Shown in pieces: positions 26,591-39,485 of a stretch of DNA of 64,000 nucleotides. The notes under the pieces are model-generated. The model was not told the DNA's origin. It worked only from the letters and a program-made list of their open reading frames with translations, and searched no databases. The position numbers were made by a program, and so were the translations under genes. This stretch comes from Phyllobates terribilis. Its lineage: Eukaryota. The stretch is taken from contig NW_027362763.1 of assembly GCF_046119375.1 (NCBI RefSeq), forward strand, positions 767,622,001 to 767,686,000. Reading direction: 5' to 3'. Position 1 is the first letter of the stretch; each line of letters starts with the position of its first letter.

Positions 26591-27995
26591 AGGGAATGTG
26601 TTATCAAAAATTACAATTGTTTAAATCAGTTTTTTAAGTTAAATGTATTTTTTTAATCTAATACTGTTTTTTTTTTTCTTTTTAATTTTCCGTATTATAT
26701 CTAGATCAAAAATTTGCAATTTTCAAACTGGACAATAGATCTAATACTAGACAGAACTTCCTGTTCAGTACATGTGACTTTTCAGCAGTCTGATCATAAT
26801 GGACAGGATTAAAATGACAGATAAATCCTGTATACACAGAAGATAACCCAGGATCCACAATAGATGATGTCACAGCTCGCCTCCTCCCTTTCCCTTCGCA
26901 ATCACCTTTGCCCCGATGATGCTCATTACACACCAGCACAATTCTGTAAGGTCTGCCTATTGCTGCTAATGTCCATATGTCCAATGGGAAGTAGTAGTAG
27001 TATTAAAACAGAAAATCTGCAGCAAAATCTCACAGACGCTAGTACATCATTGTCCTATAAGATAGCACAGTCCAAACCGGTGATGCGGGATCCTGGTGCA
27101 TATGCGAAAAGCAGTTCATGCATGAAAGAAATCCAGAAAAAAGAAAAAGGGTTTCACTCACCGTCCCATTAAAAATCCTTTAACGCATTACAAGTAAAAC
27201 ATGCAGGCAGAAGAACAATGTGGACAATAACTGGACGACGACTTCGCCCCACCTGCGCATCAATGGGGACCCGTTGAAGCTCAGGTGGCGTGAAATGGCA
27301 GTGACAGGATTCCTGTTGTCCTTCTACAGTTTGACCACTAGTGGCTGCTATTGTTCACCTTGATATTATGCTGCAATTTCACCTCTTACCACTGGAGGTT
27401 GCTGTTATGTCCTGCAATTGCCTTTTACTAAGATGGCAGATTCTGAACCTGTGGAATCCATCTTGTTTCCTGTTTGGGCCTACTTAAAGGCACATGAATC
27501 CCTCACTCATTGCTTGAGTATTGTGTCTAGCTGTTTAGTCTAGTTCAGTCTCCAGCTCCTTGTTCTGAGAACTAACTTACCCAGACTGTTCCCACTTCTC
27601 TACAGATTGTTGCTACAACTCCTACTGCTACTTGCAAGAACTTCTACTACTGCCTGCCGTGTCTTGCTCATGCTCCTCCGGCCACTGGATTCTTGCAGTG
27701 CTACACCAGTAGCGTAACAGGCTGTTGTCCAGCTATTGTCCACATCGTTCTCCTGCCTGCATGTTTTAATTGTAACACATTAAAAGACTTTTAATGGGAT
27801 GGTGAGTGCAACCCTTTTCCTTTTTTACTGGATATATTTTTAGGAGTATTATTAAGCTTACTGGCCGGTATGAAAATTGCAAGATTATTTTTTTTTTTAT
27901 AGGAAAAATAATGAAAAAAACTTTATCAACAATTTTATTTTAAACACTATTAATGTAAAATAAAAAATAGATCATTTTATGATGACATAGTCCCT
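26591..27995. mobile_element. TTAA-flanked non-autonomous element (T2/Kolobok-like) with internal insertions
   Basis: TTAA at 26587-90 and 27996-99; termini AGGGAATGTGTTAT / revcomp AGGGACTATGTCAT. Confidence 0.6.
27130..27830. repeat. Fold-back inverted repeat (~110-bp arms), possibly Penelope terminal-repeat derived
   Basis: 27130-27240 is the reverse complement of 27720-27830; palindromic core at 27243-27296. Confidence 0.7.
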
Positions 27996-29298
27996 TTAAT
28001 TTAACATTTAACTCTTTATTTTATTATGCACCTAAAAAAAAGGCTCATTACCAATGTAGGTCCTTATTTGAGATAGAAAAAATTTGCCTTCAGACCCAGT
28101 AAATTTTCTGATCGCCACATTCAGGTGCACTGGTACTTATACGTTACTGTATGTGATGTACTGAGGTTAAATATTCTGTATTTGTATCTTTCTTATGCAG
28201 AGCAACTCTCAGCCATAAAACACATTAATTAAAAGGGAAATGTTTGCGGCTGCTGCAAACTGAAAAATCCTATAAATGTGAGGCTAGAAATAGGAGCTGA
28301 TCTGTACTGCAATGAAACTGTAACCTACAGAGCCGAGGCTTTAACAAATCACTGCTGTGTGGCAGAATCGATTCATTGCAGCATTCGCTTGGCACAGTAA
28401 TGCCATTTTTTTTCTCTGCTGCAGTGTTCAGCCTGAAGAACTTGACTCATTGTTCTACATAATTTCTGCTTATCAGAGTGAGGTCAGAAAGCTATGGTCA
28501 CGGTTAATGTCACATTTTGAATGAAATCCTCATGTTTTTTTCAGCAAATATACTTGAAAAAATTGTACGATCTAACCAAAACAAAGAAAATGGGAAAACG
28601 GCCAATGGAAAGAGGGAAATGAGATTTCAGAGCTGATAAAAATAAAATGTGATATTGGATATAATGGTTTCAATCTTCTATAGTGCGAGTAGTGGGAAGA
28701 ATACATTGCACAGGGATATTTCTCATGGGGTGCCAGGAGCCATCTCTCCCTTGTATTACAACCCTGAAGATTATTCTGCGCAGCCCAATCTTTTGTGCTG
28801 AGTTGTTCTCATAATGTGATGCTCAGTCATGTAAGCCGAGAACGTTCAGGTTGCTTTGAAATAAATCAATATAAAAAAGGTTATACTACAGCCTGAATAC
28901 ATTACAGTGTTACCAGGAGGGGACGTGACTGAAGCGTAGGACGTCTTATGGACTAAATGGGCTGCAATATCACATATCTTGTTAGAAAGACACACACACA
29001 CATTCATGTGTAACGTGGCGCAGTAGCCACGGGTGAGACACTCGTCTGTCATGAAAATGTCGGTCCTGGGTGGGTTGTGGACTTGTGCTGTGAGGGCCTT
29101 ACGTCCGTGCAGGCCGCATGTAATCAATATTGCTGGTTTACCAGGACCTGATGTTTCACAGTTCAATGAAGGAGACCAACATTCGAAAATAAACTCTTTA
29201 CTCAACGGAAACTTGATCAGAGATGTATAGAAGGGATAGCAGGTACAAAGTCTTATGGACGTTTCCTTTACAGTATGAAGCTTTTTCCACTCAGTATC

Positions 29299-30569
29299 TG
29301 TGGCGCCCCTGCGGGTTCAGTCGCCACAGAGGTACTGCATCTCACCCAGAGTTGTGGTACCCCACTCTCAGGTAAGGAGGGAGTACTGCCCGGACCCACG
29401 CACCTACATCCCACACTACACCATTTCAGACCAGCAGAAGGGGCAAGATGCACTTATCCATTGCTGAGCCCTGTCCCTGGTTGGAAGGGGGGGGACCAAG
29501 AGAGGGGGAACCATGTAGTGAGTGTGGGTGGAGGAAGTAGTTCAGGGGAGCACCATCAGAAAGAGTATAAGAAGGAGGGGAACCATCTAGAAGGAGTTCT
29601 GTTCAGGTCAGGTCAGTGGAAGTACAGAGGAGAGACAGTGGGGAGTGGGAGTTCAGAAGGAGCTCTGCCCAGGAGAGAGAAGAGCGGGCCTAGCCTGAGA
29701 GGCCCAGGAGACAGAGGATGGGAGCAGAGGGAAGGCTCCAGAGACAGAGGGGATCTCAGGGGCACAGTGAGTGCAGGAAGCCACCCGTGCGCCCGAATCT
29801 ACACGGACTTGGAGGGATCAGGCCACAGAGGGCACCGGCCCCTAAACTAGTGGAGAACAACCAGGCTCGGCTAGATAACCGGAGGCTGCTGCATTTTCAA
29901 GGTGCTGCAGCCAACAGCCACAATTATATTGCCAAAAAGGTGGCCGCATAGGGTCCAGGGGACTGCAGGTCGCCTGACAAGGCCCGAGCTCACTGGCTTG
30001 GGACACTGATTGTGAGGCGCAGGGCAGGAGAGTGAGAGCCAGCACAGTGAGACGACCGGGAAAGGTACATAGAACGGGGTCCCGTTTAAGTGCTCCTGAA
30101 ATACCTGAGAGTTTGCTGGATCACTACCCCGGAGGACACAGGACGACGGGGGCGGTTATAATCCGGAAAGTGTAACCTGAGGAACTTAACAACTGTGAGT
30201 AAAACCTGATGACTGCACCCCACCATGTCCCTGAATAATTGGTGCGCCATCACCTGCACTACACTGCACCAACAACATCTACCTCATAAAATCAACATCT
30301 ACTGCCCTGGAGCTTAGCTCTGCCTGTGGAGAGCTGAACCAACTCTGCTGCGTCACCATCAGCTCCAGAGGATCTGCACCGCAGCGACGGCCCCATATAG
30401 CCGCATACCACAGGTGGCGTCACAAACTTTTTCTCTAAAAACTTTATTCCCCTTTTACTTTCCCTTTAATTGACCACCCTGGGTCACGGACCGGGTCACT
30501 GCCACCGTGACTACCCCGATACAGGACCGGCCCGGCTACCGAGTAACCCACGGCCCAGGGGGCGCATCA
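29299..30569 (+). mobile_element. Gypsy-type solo LTR
   Basis: TGTGGCGCCCC...GGGGCGCATCA, 4-bp TSD TATC. Confidence 0.9.
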
Positions 30570-31384
30570 TATCCTTCTTCTATAGTCTACTCCAGGGCTT
30601 TCTATAACCACTTTCTCCCTGTCTTCGCCACAACCCAGCTACTCCACTACAGTCCTCATTTAACAAGTCTCCTTTACTTGATCAGCAGTTCTGCATCCAA
30701 TTTCTTCCACTACTAGCACCCTGGAACTCCTGCTAGGGGTCCTTCACTAGTCCCAGTCTCTCAGTCCTGTTTGGGCCTGTTTCCTTTCAGGGTTACAAGG
30801 CCAAGGTCTCATGGCTAGGCATCCTTTCCTAGGATCCGTTTCCAGAAGGCCACTCTGTCTTTCTGTTACTTATCCTCAGGATCTTGCTATCCCTTTCTTT
30901 TTAGTCTCTTCTCATTCATGGTCACCCTCCAATGCGGCACTGCTCACTTTAGACCTTTTAGTCCGCTCACTATGCACTCCAAACCCTATCTGAACTAGTC
31001 ACTTTCTCTTACACTGTCCCCTCCCAATATGGGCTAGTCTCAACTGTTAACTCGTAACTTACCCTATAGTAAACTACATAAATGACTAACACATTACATT
31101 ATTCAAATTACACAGTATTATCAAAAGACGCAATACACAATTCACATGACAATACAACAATTGTCTTCTTCAAGGGGAAAACGTGGCCAGCCTGTCCATA
31201 CCCTTACACACGCACACTCACACATATATAACACACACACAGGCACACTTTATATCTAGTGGTCCCTCAAATATAGTGTGGCACATGCTATTGGTTGCTC
31301 CAGTTGGCCATTTAACTGATGAAAGGCATGTGAATCAGCGCATCACACTACAGAGAGACAATCTTTGGCTGTTATATTACTGAA

Positions 31385-31926
31385 ATGCATGTACAAATTG
31401 TCTAGGAAGTCTTCTTCATATGTGCTACCCCTAAATATACTACATGTACTGTACTGCTCTCTACCTGTACTACTTGTACTGTACTGCTGATTACTTGTAC
31501 TACATGTATTGCACTGCTCTCTATCTGTACTACATGTACTGTACTGCTCTCTACCTGTACTACATGTATTGTGCTGCTGATTACCTATCCTACATATGCT
31601 CACACCCTATAAAACATGTGGAGTACTGATCAGTACCTGCACTATATGTACTCTGTTTCTTGCTACCTGTATTTAATGTATTGCTCTCTACCTGTACTCC
31701 TTGTGCTACATATAATGTACTGCTAATTTCTATATACATGTTATTGCTTTTTACCTGTACTACATATAGTGTACTGTGTCCTATCTGTTACATGTACTGT
31801 GCTGATATCTACCTGGGCTGATCACTTCTTCTGCAATATGTATGTAACTTCTCTCTACCTGTACGTGATGTAATGTACTACCCTCTACATGTACTTTATG
31901 TAATGTACTTCTACCTGTACTACATG
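31385..31926. repeat. ~30-bp minisatellite (TGTACTACATGTACTGTACTGCTCTCTACC-like)
   Basis: Repeated units visible directly. Confidence 0.9.
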
Positions 31927-32943
31927 TGTGGCACCCCAGGAGTCCGGTTGCCACAGTGGCATTGCTTCCCTCACAAGGGGTGATGCCATGCCTGGAAGCA
32001 AGCAGGGGTCCCCTAGTCAGGTATACTAGCATGCATCACTTTCCTGGCTCCAGACCAGCAAGGGGAGCTCCTCCCCTTAGCAACTGGAATCTGGAGGCGG
32101 GGTTAGTTAGAGTTAGTGAGAGGAGTTGAAGTCAGGAGAGCGAAGAGGAAAGACCCGGGGAGTGGAGCTGCACGGCAGTTCACCCAAGAGAGGAGCGCAG
32201 AAGAACCGGACACGGGAGTCCGAGGTTGTGGGGCACTGAAGGCCCAGCAGCAGAAACCAGAGGGCAGGAGACTGCAGGTCTCCTGGCCCCATCAAACGCC
32301 CGGAGGCTCAGCAGCACCATAGGGCCCAGCACCGCCACGTGGGAGCGACACTCCAGGAAGGCCCGAGCTGCTTGCCATACGGGTGACCACAAAGACGTTT
32401 TACTCAGAGACGAGGGCCGCAGCATAGCTATAAGCAGCAGGGCCAAAGAGATTAGCGCGAAGGGAAGGCCTACAACTTCACCTGGTGAGGTGGATTCCCA
32501 ACTTGCTTCCAGGCCTCCCGGACCTCTACTACCAGCTAGTACCCGTGCCCCAGTCTGCCTAACCACCGCAAGTAAAGATAAGAGGAAACCGTCACTAAGT
32601 TGTGGACTGGTCATTATCTGCGCCATCCCCTGCACTACACCGCACAGCAACATCTATAACATCACCACTTCTTGCCGTGGAGCTAAGCTCTGCCTGTGGA
32701 GAGCTGAACCAACTCTGCTGCGTCATCATCAGCTCCAGAGGATCTGCACCGCAGCGGCGGCCCCATATAGCCGCATACCACAGGTGGCGTCACGAATATT
32801 ATATATATATAAAACTTTATTCCCTTTTCTTTATTCCCCTTTTATTGACCGCCCTGGGTCACGGACTTGGTCACCGCCACTGTGACACCCCCAGCACCGA
32901 CCGGTCCGGCTGCCGAGTACCCCACGGCCCAAGGGGCGCGTCA
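31927..32943 (+). mobile_element. Gypsy-type solo LTR (possibly mosaic)
   Basis: TGTGGCACCCC...GGGGCGCGTCA; 3' third similar to 29299-30569; flanks CATG/GAGG do not form a TSD. Confidence 0.85.
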
Positions 32944-33084
32944 GAGGCACTGTACTGTTCCCTACCTGTGGCCAGCATCCGACTGGAGTACTTTGGGTCA
33001 GCAAGATAACAAGACCACCGATTGTGTGGTAAAACGTGCTAATATTGTGGTGTAGCATAAAAAGCAATGGCCCACATTTAGCAA

Positions 33085-33400
33085 TAATCGCCAACCAGAG
33101 TGCCCCCATAACAACACAAGCCCCCATAATAGCACCAGCCTCCATAACAGCACCCGCCTCAATACACCCATTACAACACCATCCTCCATGCCCTAATAAC
33201 TCCCCCAACCTTCATGCCCCCATGAACAGCACCATCCTCGGTACCCCCATAACAGCACCAGCCTCAATGCCCCCATAACAGCACCAGCCTCAATGCCCCC
33301 ATAACAGCACCAGCTTCAGTGCCCCCATAACAATGCCAGCTTTGATGCCCCCCATAACTGCACCAGCCTTCAGTTCATGCCCCTAAACAGTTCCGACCAC
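33085..33400. repeat. ~26-bp minisatellite (GCCCCCATAACAGCACCAGCCTCAAT)
   Basis: Tandem units visible directly. Confidence 0.9.
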
Positions 33401-33667
33401 TGTACCCACATGACAAATAACCACAGTGCCTCATTGTAAGGTAACAAAAGGCTTTAAAAAAGTCAAGGTGCTCCATAACAGAACCAGCTACGGTGCCCCT
33501 AAAGCAGCATCAGCCACAATGGTCCTACAACAGCGCCAGCTACACTGCCCACATCCACAGGATAGATTATAAGTTATAGGGGGTCTCACTGCTCGAATTG
33601 AGAATGATGGCCCTGTGTCCTCTGTCTGAATAAAATATTACAGTGCATTCATGACCACTGCTCGATT

Positions 33668-33959
33668 NNNNNNNNNNNNNNNNNNNNNNNNNNNNNNNNN
33701 NNNNNNNNNNNNNNNNNNNNNNNNNNNNNNNNNNNNNNNNNNNNNNNNNNNNNNNNNNNNNNNNNNNNNNNNNNNNNNNNNNNNNNNNNNNNNNNNNNNN
33801 NNNNNNNNNNNNNNNNNNNNNNNNNNNNNNNNNNNNNNNNNNNNNNNNNNNNNNNNNNNNNNNNNNNNNNNNNNNNNNNNNNNNNNNNNNNNNNNNNNNN
33901 NNNNNNNNNNNNNNNNNNNNNNNNNNNNNNNNNNNNNNNNNNNNNNNNNNNNNNNNNNN
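33668..33959. other. Assembly gap (292 N)
   Basis: Run of N. Confidence 1.
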
Positions 33960-35656
33960 GAACACTTTTCTGTTCATTTCTGGGGAGGAAGACAGGAGAT
34001 GAGGAGTTAGCAGACACTGACTGGGATGCAATCCTGGGAGACTCTGTTGATTACTGCTGACATGGGAGACCTGCTGCCTGTCCACAGGAAGAGAAGAGAC
34101 CAAAAGTGCAGAAGAAGAAGTAAAAAGGCTGAAAGGTGTGAAAATTACACTGGAGTGGTATTTTTTCATTGATATGGATAACCCCTTTCCGATCATGTCA
34201 GTAATAGTACGCAGCTGTGCCCTGGGACTTATGGACCAGCTACGTACTATTACGCATGCAGCGATTCCGCCCGCACACAAGCGGTGCGGGGCGATAGCCG
34301 CCGGGTGTCAGCTGATTGTCACAGCTGACACCCGGACACCCGGTGCTATGTGCAGGGAGCGGTCCCGCACCGCTTCCGGCACATTAATCCCCGCAATGCT
34401 GCGATTGAAGTCGATCGCAGCATTGCGGTGGCAAGGGGGGAGGTGATCGATATACTCACCTCTCCTGCCGGCATCCAGCGATGTCTGCGGTGGCTTCCGG
34501 ATGTTGCCATGACGACCCGATGTCGTCATGGCAACATCCGGGTCACCAGGAGGCAGGACGTTAGTTTGGTCATGCGCAATGCGCGACCAAAGTAATGTCT
34601 CCCCTGTGTGCAGCGCTGACAGGCTACATGGCATAGGGAGCTGCTGCTCTCTATGCCATGCAGCCGATGAGGCTGCAAAAAGCGAAAGTCCCATAGTGGG
34701 ACAATGTGTAAGAGTAAAAAAAAAAGTAGAAAAGTGAAAAAAAAATAAAAAAATTGTAAAAATATAAAAACAAAAAGAAAAAAATAATCCCCAAAAAATA
34801 AGAATATATTGAACCCATAATATTTATTTATTATGAAAAAAAAATAAAAGAATAAAAGTACACATATTTGGTATCGCCACGTCCGGAACGACCTGACCTG
34901 TAAAACTGTCCCACTAGTTAACCCCTTTAGTGAACACGGTAAAAAAAATAAATAAAAAACGAAGCAAAAAACAATGCTTTATCATCATACCGCCAAACAA
35001 AAAAATGGAATAACACGCGATCAAAAAGACGTATGTAAATAAAAATGGTACCGCTAAAAGCGTCATCTTGTCCTGCAAAAAACAAGCCACCACACAGCTC
35101 CATTGTGCAAAAAAAAAAAAGTTATAGCTCTCAGAATAAAGCGATACAAAAAAAAATATTTTTTCTTAAAAATCATTTTTATTGTGTAAAAGCGGCAAAA
35201 CATAAAAAAACCTATATAAATGCAGTAGCGCTGTAAATGCACTGACCCGAAGAATAACGCTGCATTATCAATTTTACCACACGCGGAACGGCATAAAAAA
35301 ACCCCGCAAAAAAACAATTTCTGAATTGTTGGTTTTTGTTTATTCTGCCTCCCAAAAATCAGAATATAAACCGATCAAAAAATGTCACGTGCCCGAAAAT
35401 GGTCCAATAAAAACGCCAACTTGTCCCGCAAAAAACAAGCCCTTACATGACTCTGTTGGCCAAAATATGGAAAAATTATAGCTCTCAAAATATGGTGATG
35501 CAAACACTAGTCTTTGCAAAAAAAGCGTCTTTTAGTGTGTGACAGCTGTCAGTCATAAAAACCCGATATGAATCTGGTATCGCTGTAATCACACCGACCT
35601 GAAGAATAAAGTAGTCTAATCACTTATACCACACGAGGAATGGTGTAAAAAATAAA

Positions 35657-35798
35657 GTCTAGGGTTACGGTTGTGCTAGGGTTAGGGTTGGGCTAGGGTT
35701 AGGGTTGGGGTTGTATTAGGGTTGGGGCTAGGGTTGGGGTTGGGCTAGGGTTAGGGTTGGGGTTGTATTAGGCTTGGGGTTGGGTTAGGGTTGGGGTT
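35657..35798 (+). repeat. Telomere-like degenerate (TTAGGG/TTGGGG/CTAGGG)n tract
   Basis: GGTTAGGGTTGGGCTAGGGTTAGGGTTGGGG repeated. Confidence 0.8.
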
Positions 35799-35840
35799 TT
35801 TTCAAAAGTAAAGAAAAAAAAATTATGACAATATGGCAAC

Positions 35841-36141
35841 CAGTGTTGAGCGCAAGTGCTCGCTACTTGAGTTTGCATCGGGTACTCGGGTATGCACTGA
35901 GTATCGCGGGTGCTCGAGTGACATGCTCAAGTCTCTGCCCCATATGCTTCGCGGCCAAAAAAAACGTTGCTGGGATCGCCTGCCATGCACGAGCGATCCC
36001 CGCATGTTTTTTTTGGGTGTCTAACAACCGTGAAACATGCGGGGTGGGGACTCGAGCATGTCATTCGAGCACCCGCGATACTTGGTGCATACCCGAGTAC
36101 CCGATGCAAACTCAAGTAGCGAGCACTTGAGCTCAAGACTA
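35841..36141. mobile_element. hAT-type fold-back MITE
   Basis: ~90-bp inverted arms starting CAGTGTTGAGCG; near-TSD ATGGCAAC / ATGACAAC. Confidence 0.8.
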
Positions 36142-36189
36142 ATGACAACTTATTCAATATAATGACCTAATGTTATCAAATTCTGTCGT

Positions 36190-37560
36190 ACCTTTGGGTT
36201 CAAAATGTACACTATACCCCTTGATAAAATTCTTGAGGGGTCTAGTTTCCAAAATGGGGTCACTTGTGGGGCGTTTCCACTATTTCGGCACATCAGGGGC
36301 TCCCGAAATGTGACATGGTGTCCGCTCTTGATTCCAGGCAATTTTACGCTCAAAAAGTCACACAGTGCTCCTTCCCTTCTGAACCCTGACGTGCGCCCAA
36401 ACAGTGTATTTTCCCCACATATGGGGTATTGGCGTACTCAGGAGAGATTGCACAACAGTTTTTAGGTTCCATTTTCTCCTCTTACCCTTGTGAAACTAAA
36501 AAAATTGGGGCAAAAAGATCATTTTTGTGAAAAAAGTTAGATTTTTTTCTTTTCACGGCTTCATGTTCTAAACTTCTGTGAAGCATCTGGGGGTTAAGGG
36601 TGCTCACCACACATCTAGATAAGTTCCCTCAGGGGTCTAGCTTCCAAAATGGTGTCACTTGCGGGGGGTTTCCACTGTTTAGGCACATCATGGGCACATC
36701 CGCTAATTATTCAAGCAAATTTTACATTCAAAAAGTCAAATGGCGTTCCTTCCCTTCCGAACCCTGCCGTGCGCCCAAACAGTGGTTTTCCCCCACATAT
36801 GGGGTATTGGCTTACTCAGGAGAGATTGCACAACAAGTTGCATGGTGCAATTTCTCCTGTTACCCTTATGAAAATGCAAAACCGGGGGCTGAAAAACATT
36901 TTTGTGGCAAAAATGTGAAAATTTTATTTTCACGGCTCCATGTTATAAACTTCTGTGAAGCACCTGGGGGTTCAAGATGCTCACTACACATCTAGATAAG
37001 TTCCCTGAGGGGTCTAGTTTCCAAAATGGTGTCACTTGTGGGGGGTTTCCACTGTTTAGGCACATCAGGGGCTCTCCAAACGCAACATGGCGTCTGCTAA
37101 TTATTCAAGCAAATTTTACATTCAAAAAGTCAAATGGCACTCCTTCCCTTCTGAGCCCTGCTGTGCAGCCAAACAGTGTTTTTTCCCCATGTATGGGGTA
37201 TCTGCGTACTCAGGGGAAATTGCACAACAAATTTTGGGGTCCATTTTTTCCTGTTATCCCTGCGAAAATAAAAAATTGGGGTCTAAAGTAACATTTTTGT
37301 GAAAAAAGTTAAATGTTCATTTTTTTCTTCCCCATTCCAAAAATTCCTGTGAACCACGTGAAGGGTTAATAAACTTCTTGAATGTGGTTTTGAGCACCTT
37401 GAGGGGTGCAGTTTTTAGAATGGTGTCACTTTTTTGTATTTTCTGTCATAAAGGCCCCTCAAAGTCACTTCAAATGTGATGTGGTCCCTAAAAAAATGGT
37501 TTTGTAAATTTTGTTGGAAAAATGAGAAATCGCTGATTAACTTTTAACCCTTATAGCGCA
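36190..37560. repeat. ~380-bp tandem repeat, about 3.5 copies
   Basis: TCTAGTTTCCAAAATGG(G/T)GTCACTTG recurs near 36241, 36637, 37013, with a partial fourth copy near 37410. Confidence 0.9.
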
Positions 37561-38264
37561 CTAATAAAAAAAAATTTTGGTTCCAAAATTGTGCTGATGT
37601 AAAGTATACATGTGGGAAATGTTATTTATTAACTATTTTGTGTAATATATCTCTCTGATTTTATGGAATAAAAATTCAAATTTTGAAAATTGTGAAATGT
37701 TAAAAATTTTCGCCAAATTTCCAATTTTTTCACAAATAAACGCAAGTGATGTCAAAGACCACTATCATGAAGTACAATATGTCATGAAAAAACAATCTCA
37801 GAATCAGGGGGATCCATTGAAGCGTTTCAGAGTAATTACTTCATAAAGTGACAGTGGTCAGAATTGTAAAAATTGGCCTGGTCATTAACGTGCAAACCAC
37901 CCTCGGGGGTAAAGCGGTTAAAGTAGTGATGTGCAGTACTCCAAAGATTTTTTTTTTACCAATATTCTAGGATAAACCCTTTACGGCTACAATCCAGTGG
38001 TACACCACCAATGGCAGCAGGCCACATGGCTGCTGTGGGGCCCGTGAGCCGAGGGGGCCCAGTGCCAGCGCAGCTGCAGGGACCCCTGCCTCTTGTACGC
38101 TAAACTGTAGATGCCGATACAATTGAAAGTAGTTATGAAAGAAGGAGCGATAGCTGAGGCTTCCTCCCCCATCATTCTTCCTCGGCGTCTGACGTCTCAG
38201 CGGCAGCGCTTCAGAACGACGATCAGAGGTGAATACTGTATTTTTTTAAAATTGTGGTTGCCAT

Positions 38265-39300
38265 AATATTGTATGGAAGACTATGGGAAGTGTATTATAC
38301 TGTATGGAGGACTATGCGAAGTGCGTTATACTGTATGGAGGACTATGGGAAGTGCGTTATACTGTATGGAGGACTATGATGAGTGCATTATACCATATGG
38401 AGGACTATGGAATGCAATATGCTATATGGAGGACTACAGGGTGCATTATACTATATGGAGGACTATGGTGGTGAATTATACTATATATAATACTATGGGG
38501 AGTTCATTATACTATATGAAGGATGATGGGGAATGCATTATACTATATAGAGGACTATAGGAGTGAATTATACTTTAAGGAGGACTATTGGGTATGCACT
38601 ATACTGTATGGAGGACTATTGGGAGTGCATTATACTATATGAAGTTCTATTGAGAGTGCATTATACTATATAGATTACTATTCGGGGTGCATTATACTAT
38701 ATGAAGAACTATAGGGAGATTATACTATATGGAGTACTATGGGGAGCGAATTATACTATATGGAGGACTATGGGGAGCAAATTATACAATATAGAGGACT
38801 ATGGGGAGTGAATTATACTATATAGAGGACTATGGGGAGCGAATTATACTATATAGAGGACTATGGGGAGCGAATTATACTATATAGAGGACTATGGGGA
38901 GCGAATTATACTATATAGAGGACTATGGGGAGCAAATTATACTATATAGAGGACTATGGGGAGTGAATTCTACTATATGGAGGACTATGGGGCCCATTAT
39001 ACTATATGGAAGGCTATGTGGGGGCTGTTATAATGTATGGAGAAATATGCGGAGGCCATTATAATATTTGGAGGGCTATGTGAGAGCATTTATGCTTTAT
39101 ACAAGCAATTATACAGTGTGAATGTTTGTGTGCGGTCAATCATACTGTATGAAGGGCTGTGCGGGAGCCATTATACTGTTTGGTGGGCTAGGGCGAGCCA
39201 TTATACAGTGTGGTGAGGTATAGGGCCATTATGCTGTATATAGGCCCATTATAATGCATGGAGGGCTGTGCGGGGGTCACAGTTGGGGGATCATACTGTG
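38265..39300. repeat. ~32-bp minisatellite (GGAGGACTATGGGGAGCGAATTATACTATATA)
   Basis: Homogeneous core 38720-38990 with decaying flanks. Confidence 0.95.
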
Positions 39301-39344
39301 TTGGGGTCACCATATTTTGCCTAGGGAGTTGAGGTGGGGTACAG

Positions 39345-39485
39345 TACTCTCCTGTAGAGTGTAAGCTCTTATGGTCAGCAGGGTCCTCTCTCTCTCCTAT
39401 AGAGTGTAAGCTTTTATAATCAGCGGGGTTCTCTCTCCTGTAAAGTGTAAGCTGTTATGGTCAGCGGGGTCTCCTCTCTCTCTCC
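39345..39485 (+). repeat. Three tandem copies of an L2-like 3'-end motif
   Basis: TGTAAGCTCTTATGGTCAGCAGGGTCCTCTC repeated; resembles the TGTAAGCTC...GGCAGGG motif of L2 tails. Confidence 0.5.

Larger units (their letters stand above)
34180..37917. mobile_element. piggyBac-like non-autonomous element with internal tandem repeats
   Basis: Right end ...AAAGCGG followed by TTAA (37918-21); degenerate left end ATAACCCCTTTCC; no transposase ORF. Confidence 0.55.

Noticed and set aside
29275-29850. 191-aa ORF
   Set aside because: Starts just outside and lies within a GC-rich solo LTR; not preserved as an equivalent ORF in the sister LTR
33567-34280. ORFs spanning the N run
   Set aside because: Artefacts of the assembly gap
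34664-34705. Hammerhead-like CCGATGAG...GCGAAAGTCCCATAGTGGGAC
   Set aside because: Core CUGA is altered, stem II register is off and there is no UH cleavage triplet after stem III
31385-39300. Short repeat arrays as possible CRISPR
   Set aside because: Head-to-tail units without unique spacers, no cas genes, eukaryotic context
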